Part shown: in pieces, positions 56,537-64,000 of the stretch | How the letters are laid out: every line of letters starts with the position of its first letter | Numbering within the stretch: the first letter of the stretch is position 1 | NCBI GenBank assembly: GCA_036630325.1 | Contig: CP142731.1 | Span: forward strand, 744,001 to 808,000 | DNA length: 64,000 nucleotides | Direction: 5' to 3' | Origin: Vairimorpha necatrix | Lineage: Eukaryota | Made by a program: the position numbers and the translations under genes | The notes under the pieces: generated by a model | What the model was told of the DNA's origin: nothing | The model's input: only the letters and a program-made list of their open reading frames with translations | Database searches by the model: none

Positions 56537-58561
56537 ATGACTACATACATTCTAAACAAAAATCTCATATATTACGCATCAAGACTCAATAAAAAGGACT
56601 CTCATGCCGCTTTATTCGGTACACAATTCAAAACCTCTGATACTGCTAATAAATCTTCAAAAATAGATGTACAATACGAAAAAACATCAGACGAGATCAA
56701 ATTATATCTAAAACCAAGATGTTTTATAGAAAATTACATTTATAATCAAAATTTTATATACGTAGGTGCACTAGAAACAGATTGGACTATAACGGAATCA
56801 GATCACGAATATATAAAAAAATTGTGTAAAAAAAATAATATAATACCTATATTTGATACACCAGGGGAATACGGTACAATGATATCTGATATCTTAAACA
56901 GTGACACATTTAATTATATACATTCAAATTTGAATCATAGTGAAATATATAAAAAATATTGTCAATTTAATGAACAAGTAAAAAACGAAATAGGAACTAT
57001 TAATGACACAGATGTGGTTTGGGCACAAGATTATAATTTTATACACGTTTTGAAAGAATATAAAAACACTATTTTGACAGTAAAAAATTTTAATGATTTA
57101 TGGAAATGTATACCCTTTTATAAACTTTTATTAGATGACATTTTGGAAGTTAAAAGTTTACATTTTAAATGTGAAAATGATATAAAAAATTTTGAGATAT
57201 TTGTATCTTACACTTATTTCCCTGAATGTAAAAAATTACCGAATATTAATTGTCAATTAATAGGTATAGATAAAAATTTTATCGATAAAATTCAAAATAG
57301 TAAAATACAACTAGAAAAGAATACTATACTAGTCCCATACGAATCATTATACCATTTAATTTGTCTTGATAAGTTTATTAATAAGTATAATATACATTTA
57401 AAAATATATTTACTAAATATTAGTAATAAAAAAATAGGTCAGGACGTATTAAATTATTTAAATTATTTACGACTAAAAACAGATGTGGAAATTGTGACAC
57501 CAGAAACAGATGAAGAATTTTTACATGTAGTTAGTTCATGTCAAATCGGATTTTATAAATCGATAGATGAGTATATGAAATATTTTGGTAGACATGTTAT
57601 AAAAAATAGTGTGTACGATTATGATAATGTAGCAGACGAAATTTACAAGAAATTGCATTATATTGACGATCAAGAATATAAAATAAGTGATATTAATGAT
57701 GATATACCTAAGATATTGGATTTTATTAGGTCAGACGAAGAAATCGAATATAAAAAACAAGTAGTAGAATTGCCAAATAAAAATATGAAAATTAAAAAAC
57801 AGATAATTTTAAACACTGACGAATCAAAAGAAAACACTAATCCTTCTAGAGTAGTCGAACCAACACAATCAAATCCTACACAAGTACATATAAAAGATTT
57901 ATTACTAGACAATTTCTCAGCCATAATTCTCGATTATGATGGCACTTTAGTGCCTCTAACAAACAAACCAGACGAATGTTATCTATCAGAAGATACAAAA
58001 CAAACACTTTTAGAACTCAATAAACGTATAAAAGTCGTCATAGTAACAGGTAGAAAAAAAGAAGATATGGACAAATTCATACCAAAAGAACTCGAAGTCT
58101 TTTCAGAACATTGCGCTTTTACACGTAAAGACGAGAAATGGTCCACTTTATCTTCAAATATAAATTTCGAGTTAGAATTACGTATAGCAAATTTTTATAA
58201 AGAACGAACACCTGGAAGTTCTGTTGAAATAAAGAGTAATGGATTTGTGTTTCATTATAGGAATTGTGATCCTATATTGGGAACTTTACAAGCACAGAAG
58301 TTGTATACGGATTTAATAAAAATTTCTCCGTATATAAAATTGGGTAAAAAGATTATTGAATATAAAGTTGGTAGTAAAAATGATATATTTAAGTATTATA
58401 AAGAGAATCTTATTATTTGTGGGGATGATGTGACGGATGAAGACATGTTTGATGAGAGTAAAGGAGTGACTATAAGAGTGGGGTATTGTGAGAATAGTAA
58501 AGCGGAATATTATGTTAAAGATGTTAATGAGATGGTATCTTTTTTAAAACATCTTATATAA
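56537..58561 (+). CDS. TPS2: Trehalose-6-phosphate phosphatase with degenerate N-terminal GT20-like domain
   Basis: VWAQDY; HAD motifs LDYDGTL, VTGR and GDDVTDEDMF. Confidence 0.88.
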   Translation: MTTYILNKNLIYYASRLNKKDSHAALFGTQFKTSDTANKSSKIDVQYEKTSDEIKLYLKPRCFIENYIYNQNFIYVGALETDWTITESDHEYIKKLCKKNNIIPIFDTPGEYGTMISDILNSDTFNYIHSNLNHSEIYKKYCQFNEQVKNEIGTINDTDVVWAQDYNFIHVLKEYKNTILTVKNFNDLWKCIPFYKLLLDDILEVKSLHFKCENDIKNFEIFVSYTYFPECKKLPNINCQLIGIDKNFIDKIQNSKIQLEKNTILVPYESLYHLICLDKFINKYNIHLKIYLLNISNKKIGQDVLNYLNYLRLKTDVEIVTPETDEEFLHVVSSCQIGFYKSIDEYMKYFGRHVIKNSVYDYDNVADEIYKKLHYIDDQEYKISDINDDIPKILDFIRSDEEIEYKKQVVELPNKNMKIKKQIILNTDESKENTNPSRVVEPTQSNPTQVHIKDLLLDNFSAIILDYDGTLVPLTNKPDECYLSEDTKQTLLELNKRIKVVIVTGRKKEDMDKFIPKELEVFSEHCAFTRKDEKWSTLSSNINFELELRIANFYKERTPGSSVEIKSNGFVFHYRNCDPILGTLQAQKLYTDLIKISPYIKLGKKIIEYKVGSKNDIFKYYKENLIICGDDVTDEDMFDESKGVTIRVGYCENSKAEYYVKDVNEMVSFLKHLI

Positions 58562-58592
58562 AATATTAAAGAGGTTTAAATTTAAATTATGT

Positions 58593-59411
58593 TTATTTCC
58601 TCCTTTTTACTTTTAAAATTGTTTTACTTTCTTCTTTTTTTGTTTTTTCAGGTCTGTTAAAAATTTTTATAAAAAATTTTTCAGTTTTCAAATTATCGTA
58701 CAACTTTTTACTTGATTCCAAAATATCCTCTTCTCCATTAAATGATAATTCAAGTAGTTGTTCTTCCAAGGTATTAACTTCGCATGTATGTGGAATTTTA
58801 TCTTGACCTATCAAACTTGATTCTTTTACTGCATTTAATTCTATTAATTTATCATTTTTTACTAAATAAATAAGACTTCCCTTCATAAAATCATTTCTAC
58901 AACTTAATATTTCATACAATTTGTCCAATTCTAAATCTCCCACATTCTCTAATATCTTCGACACAGGATCATCATTAAATCTTACTATTTCTTTACTACT
59001 TTTATAAATATCTTTAAGATAATTCTTACTATTAAATTGTAATACAAACATATTCGCTTTATCATTATACATTCTAAATATGTCAATCCAATATTGTTTA
59101 ATATCATTTAGTACTTTTTTATTTTCATTTCTAAATACATATACTAGTTTAGATAGAGAAAAACAATAAATAATTCGACATGTTTTACAATATTCTGATA
59201 AGATTGTCAAGATAAAATCCTTGCTTTTGCATTTTAAGGAGTGCCCTGTGCTATCCAATTTGTCGATGAAACAAGTGTCATTTTTTATGTGAAATGAAAG
59301 ATAGTAAATGGCGATTTTATTGTGAAATAATAAGAAAGAATAAGTGGTACAATTTTGATAAGAAGATATTTCTTTATATATTTCTAGACAAGAGTCTTTA
59401 TAAGTTTCCAT
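58593..59411 (-). CDS. RTT109: Rtt109-like histone acetyltransferase
   Basis: FIDKLDSTG, NKKVL, RFNDDP and ILSCRNDF resemble Rtt109 blocks. Confidence 0.65.
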   Translation of the reverse strand: METYKDSCLEIYKEISSYQNCTTYSFLLFHNKIAIYYLSFHIKNDTCFIDKLDSTGHSLKCKSKDFILTILSEYCKTCRIIYCFSLSKLVYVFRNENKKVLNDIKQYWIDIFRMYNDKANMFVLQFNSKNYLKDIYKSSKEIVRFNDDPVSKILENVGDLELDKLYEILSCRNDFMKGSLIYLVKNDKLIELNAVKESSLIGQDKIPHTCEVNTLEEQLLELSFNGEEDILESSKKLYDNLKTEKFFIKIFNRPEKTKKEESKTILKVKRRK

Positions 59412-59663
59412 AAGAGGGTAGTAAATTTCAATGTACTATTAATGTAAATTAATAACGGTCAAAAATACCAAAGGGGATATTTTAACTTATAGCAAAATCG
59501 TTATGAATTTAGAATTTTACATTGTCTTATTAATTTTAAGATGCGATTGTTTTATAAAAATTATTTAAATATCTTTGCACAAATTACACTACATTAATAT
59601 TATTAATTATGCTTTTTAAAGTACAAACTTGTTGTATCAAATAAAACTATTAAATTTATTTTA

Positions 59664-59843
59664 TCATTCAATATTCTTCTTATCTTTCCCATTGCTTAAA
59701 CACTTCTTATACAAGAAAAAAGATGCCATAATCACTAATAAAAAGACACTTATAAATTTCCAATTAAATGCGAAGTCTATAAAATCAAGTATATTCACAG
59801 TATCAACACTTAGAACATCAAATTCTAAAGGCTCTTCGGGCAT
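59664..59843 (-). CDS. 59-aa single-pass membrane microprotein (below the ORF-track cutoff)
   Basis: AAATTTACCAAGGGA-ATG; MPEEPLEFDVLSVDTVNILDFIDFAFNWKFISVFLLVIMASFFLYKKCLSNGKDKKNIE; AATAAA just after the stop. Confidence 0.65.
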   Translation of the reverse strand: MPEEPLEFDVLSVDTVNILDFIDFAFNWKFISVFLLVIMASFFLYKKCLSNGKDKKNIE

Positions 59844-60715
59844 TCCCTTGGTAAATTTTTTAGTTTTTATATTTTTTATTAAGAAAATTAATTTAGCTAA
59901 AATTTAGTAGAAAAAAGTATAAAGAGATCAAGTAAAATGTTTTACTGTACAAATGAGATTTAAAAATCAAATGACTCGATATGACTAAGTACAAAAATAA
60001 ATTCTTGTCTTTTTTAATCTATATAGATATTGAGAAATAATAGAAGTTTGCAAGTTGTGCCCTGTTAGTCACAATGAGTCATCGAATAATGAGAGATAAT
60101 TTATTAAATCTCCAAAATATAACCTAGTATTATACTCTTAAAATTAGATTATAGAAGTTTATACTTACTATTGATAAAAGACTAATAATTTACTTTAATA
60201 TAATTTATATATAAAGCAAAACTATCATGGTTTTTTAAATTGTCTCATTTACGACTAAATCAAAATCTATCAAGCGAAACTTTGACCAATATTCCTTATA
60301 TATCTTTTTAAAGTTTTTAAGTTTCCTTAAAATATGCACCAGATAGAACTATCTTATTAAATATAAAAAGCCTAATAAATAAGCAAAAAAAGTGCCTTGT
60401 ACTATTGTTTAATGTAAAGGCTTGTGGCGGAGACTGAATATTCCTAACTTTACCAATAGAAATATTTAGAGCATTTCTTTATATTACAATTTAACAAGAA
60501 GTGTGGCCGTGAAATTGTTTCTTGGTATGAAATGATATTTAAATATTAGTAAGTTAGGATAGACTATCTTACCGATAGTAAACCCATTTTCTTTCTATGA
60601 ATAAGCCATGAATAGATCTGAAAATATATACTGTTTAATACCATACCTACAAATACGATATTAACTTATAAAAATGTTTTCTTCTTAAATTTCACTCCCC
60701 TTTTCTACCCCGTAA

Positions 60716-61702
60716 ATGAATGACAATCTCATAAATAAATTCATCACAGATGAGAAATTCCACAAACTTGCTTCTTCCTTCAAATTACATCCTCAAAAAT
60801 ACAATTATAGAAATATAATCCCGCCTTTCGACCAATTATACAAATCCCATATCTCTTACATAAAAACCAAAGATTTCTCATCTTCTCTAAATGTCTTAAA
60901 AACTTCTTGTCTTTTACTTGATTGTCCAAATAAGAACAAGACACGCGTCTTGTTCAAATTTATAATTCAGAATTGTATAAACCAAATTGACAATAAAATA
61001 AACTGCGAAGAAGAGACTAGATCTCTAATCAAGATTATATTAGAAATATATAAAGATACTAAATATCATGTACTCTGTAATATATTATTTAGATTATATT
61101 TTAAGATAGACAATTATGAACTTGCTTATAATTTCTTATTAGTCACTACTAATACAAGAAAAGGCAAGAAAGATTTTTATATTTACAACTTGTATAAGAG
61201 TTTGTTGTATTTGTACAAAGGAGACATAGAAGAAGCCAATGAGTGTATAAATATAGCGTATATGAGTAAGAATATAAGGACTGTAAATGACAGTAATGTC
61301 TTGTTTTTTATTATCAATTTGATTAATAATAAGGCAGTGAAGACACAAGATCCTTTTCTTATAAAATTGAGAGATGTAGTCAAACTTGGTCTTTATAGTA
61401 AAATATTTGCACTTTTAGACAATGTTATGTTTAGAAGATTGAATATTTTTGAGATAGTGCGGACTTATTTGCCACTTGTGTGTTTTACAAATCTGATAAA
61501 GAGGATTTTCTATCTTAAAAGTGAAGATTATAAATTGAATCTTGACTTTTTACTGGAAGTGTTAGATATGGAATATGAAGAGATGATCAGTTTAGTGTGT
61601 AGTGTGATAGAAATAAATCTAGTGAAGGGGTATATAAGCATCAATAAGAATATGATGGTATTTAGTAGGAAAGACCCATTTCCAGAGTCCTTTAATAAAT
61701 AA
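60716..61702 (+). CDS. PCI-domain protein, PCID2/Thp1/Csn12-like
   Basis: C-terminal NLVKGYISINKNMMVFSRKDPFP; CCCCGTAA-ATG start. Confidence 0.78.
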   Translation: MNDNLINKFITDEKFHKLASSFKLHPQKYNYRNIIPPFDQLYKSHISYIKTKDFSSSLNVLKTSCLLLDCPNKNKTRVLFKFIIQNCINQIDNKINCEEETRSLIKIILEIYKDTKYHVLCNILFRLYFKIDNYELAYNFLLVTTNTRKGKKDFYIYNLYKSLLYLYKGDIEEANECINIAYMSKNIRTVNDSNVLFFIINLINNKAVKTQDPFLIKLRDVVKLGLYSKIFALLDNVMFRRLNIFEIVRTYLPLVCFTNLIKRIFYLKSEDYKLNLDFLLEVLDMEYEEMISLVCSVIEINLVKGYISINKNMMVFSRKDPFPESFNK

Positions 61703-62001
61703 TATTAATTTTCCAAATTACACATTAGTATAAATCTGGAAGGCCGCTGAATACCCTTAGGATTTGGTCTTATTTAAATTTCAGCAGAATTCCCTTGCTT
61801 TTTTAGATGTTTTTAAATACTTTTTGTAGCCAATCAAATATGTCCATTTGTCGAAAGATAATTGTCTAAGACAAGCCTATAATAAATAAATGCTATGCAT
61901 CTAAAGTTTGTATTTGCAAGTAAGAGGTAGGGAGAAACTTCACAGAATTACCATGAAATATTTCCATTTTTTGTTTTTTCTTTATGCTGTTTATGCCCCT
62001 C

Positions 62002-62520
62002 ATGGAAATTTATAAATTTACCAAAAACCAGTCAGCAATAAACAGAAGAAAAACTCTCCCCAAATTCGGCTCTATTAGTAAAATATCAGTAGTAGAAAAT
62101 ATTGACAATTTCTCTTTTATAAAATGCACTAATGATAAAATAGAAATTAAAGAAGAAGTTGAAGTTGAGCATGTCGCCTACACACCAAATATCTCTTATA
62201 AGCCTAAAGAAGAGACAGTAATAAATACTGGTCAATATATCCCGCCTGTGAGTACTCGATCTTATGAGAATATAAGTGTCAAGATATCGAATTATGATTT
62301 GAATATGAAAAGAGAAGAGCTTTATAGAATTCTGAGTCAGCACACTAAAGTGAAATTTGGGAGATTTCATATGGTCTTTGATAGGGAGACTGGGGTAAGC
62401 AGGGGGTACTCATTTGTAAGTGTGGGTAATAAAGAAGAAGCGAGTGAATTGATAAATGATTTAAAAGTGGTAATTATAGATAATTTAAGACTATGTGTAG
62501 AACTAGCCAAAAATAAATAA
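62002..62520 (+). CDS. TIF35: eIF3 subunit g-like RRM protein
   Basis: CCCCTC-ATG at 62002; GQYIPP; C-terminal RRM DRETGVSRGYSFV..DNLRLCVELAK. Confidence 0.75.
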   Translation: MEIYKFTKNQSAINRRKTLPKFGSISKISVVENIDNFSFIKCTNDKIEIKEEVEVEHVAYTPNISYKPKEETVINTGQYIPPVSTRSYENISVKISNYDLNMKREELYRILSQHTKVKFGRFHMVFDRETGVSRGYSFVSVGNKEEASELINDLKVVIIDNLRLCVELAKNK

Positions 62521-62687
62521 TAATTTAGTTATATCAGATTTCGTAGCCGATCAAATATTGGCCAATCATATTCTTACAAATGGACAGGTTTGATTGGCTA
62601 CAAAAAGTATTTAAAAACATTTTCAAAAGAAGGATGGAAAATAGAAATAAACTTAATGACACTACATTTGTATAATATAAATAATAC

Positions 62688-64000
62688 TGTGGTATAATAT
62701 CTCATACCACATGTTTATGGTGACCAATAGACGATGAAACGCTAATGTGCTTTGATACACGTCAAGCATCTCTAATTGTTAGTGGACAGTTCTGAAACAC
62801 TAATTTCTAATTGGTTACACACAAATATAAATAACGAAATTCATCACTTAAAAAGAATGAGGATGCCTAAGAACAACAACAGCCGCACTCCAGCTCAGGC
62901 CCATGACGCCAATAACAATAAACACTATTCAAATACATTTACACCTACCTTGGGAATTCACGGTACACATAACCGTAGCATTATTGAATGCTTTCTTGCC
63001 ACTGGCACAATTCCAGGTAAATACGCCAATTTGAGCTCAAATGGCAATAAAGGTACAAAGTCATTTACAACTGGAGATAAACATCATTACGCGGAATTTA
63101 AAAGAACTGTTGAAGGTACAGACGTACCAATCCAAGACTATATACTTAAGATATTTAATATCAAATCAGATCTCACTACAGCAGGTCTCAAAGAGTTTGA
63201 AACTCTTTCTGAATATAACAAGTGGAATGACACACAAAGCGGTCATATTTACCATAGTCTAATCTATGATTCTACTTATAAGGATAAACTTACTAGGAAC
63301 AGTTACAAGGCACTGAGAAAAGAACTTCTAGACATACTGTATCCAAAGACCCAACACAGGATTCTCTCGCAAAAAATTGACAATATCAGGCAAACTGATC
63401 ATTTTTCCATTAACGAGTATATGGAAACAATTTCTAAAGGATTAGAAGGCTACATTCATGTCAACGATCTTTCAAGAAAGGAAGTGGATAGAAAACAAGA
63501 AGAAATATTTTTCAAAGGTTTGGGAAGATATACCACTATCAAGATTGCCGATCAAAGACTTAAAACGGCTCCATTTCAAGAAATTATTCAATTTTTAATA
63601 GAACTGGAAGAAAGCATATTATCCCAGTCCACAGAGACCAAACAAGGCTTAATAACCCAGACAACGGGTGCGAACAAGACTAAATACGCCTTTACTAATA
63701 AGAAGTGGTGTAAATACCATCACTCGAAGTTTCACAACACTATAGATTGTTCCCTTCATAAAACCTCACAATCAGAAGATGTCAAAAGCATGATTATCAC
63801 TGAACTTAAAGTCGACAATCATGAAGGGATAAAAATTCAAGGAGAATTAAATGGAACTAACCTACAGTTATTTGTTGACACGGGTGCATCTTGCAATTAT
63901 ATTCACGAAAAACTGTTAAAGTCCTTAAAGCTGAACACAATTGAAACTAAACCTCTAACTATGATATTTGGATGTGGTACTAAAGAAACCACTAGTCGAG
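62688..64000 (+). mobile_element. Ty3/gypsy LTR retrotransposon (element 4), 5' part, related to element 2; predicted 5' LTR 62688-63028
   Basis: Starts TGTGGTAT..ATACCACA like element 2; homologous Gag; LTR end inferred by analogy only. Confidence 0.85.
62857..64000 (+). CDS. Gag-Pol N-terminal part, open to the window edge
   Basis: Own translation: CKYHHSKFHNTIDC knuckle and LFVDTGAS protease; aligns with element 2 Gag (EGTDV/TGTDV, KWND/GWND, FFKGLG/FFRGLG). Confidence 0.9.
   Translation, partial: MRMPKNNNSRTPAQAHDANNNKHYSNTFTPTLGIHGTHNRSIIECFLATGTIPGKYANLSSNGNKGTKSFTTGDKHHYAEFKRTVEGTDVPIQDYILKIFNIKSDLTTAGLKEFETLSEYNKWNDTQSGHIYHSLIYDSTYKDKLTRNSYKALRKELLDILYPKTQHRILSQKIDNIRQTDHFSINEYMETISKGLEGYIHVNDLSRKEVDRKQEEIFFKGLGRYTTIKIADQRLKTAPFQEIIQFLIELEESILSQSTETKQGLITQTTGANKTKYAFTNKKWCKYHHSKFHNTIDCSLHKTSQSEDVKSMIITELKVDNHEGIKIQGELNGTNLQLFVDTGASCNYIHEKLLKSLKLNTIETKPLTMIFGCGTKETTSR

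Noticed and set aside
63041-63262. 73-aa ORF in the track
   Set aside because: Out of frame inside the longer Gag-Pol ORF from 62857, which the track missed because it has no stop in the window

Overview
Very AT-rich, intron-poor eukaryotic DNA. Most start codons have a CCC/GGG motif just upstream, and the housekeeping proteins are highly divergent. Both point to a microsporidian genome, probably Nosema/Vairimorpha-like (inference; species not determined). Compact housekeeping clusters (Vps45, Sif2/TBL1, Hop2, MBF1, homeobox, thioredoxin, eS12, Ubc9, sugar transporter, RanBD protein, SSB, tRNA-Asn, Tps2, Rtt109, PCID2/Thp1, eIF3g) alternate with accessory regions that hold duplicated secreted-protein genes and many transposons. 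The transposons are four Ty3/gypsy LTR elements (two intact, one decayed, one cut by the window edge), a solo LTR, two Tc1/IS630-like elements, a Merlin-like element and REL-type non-LTR remnants. Main oddities: (i) two diverged LTR elements carry a positionally conserved palindrome instead of a tRNA primer-binding site; (ii) all four gag ORFs start inside the 5' LTR; (iii) most LTRs open with a mini TG..CA hairpin; (iv) one element has LTRs of only 49 bp; (v) the Ubc9-like gene seems to need a +1 shift at CTT-AGT-G to complete its last helix. Protein calls come from motif recognition by eye; no searches were run.
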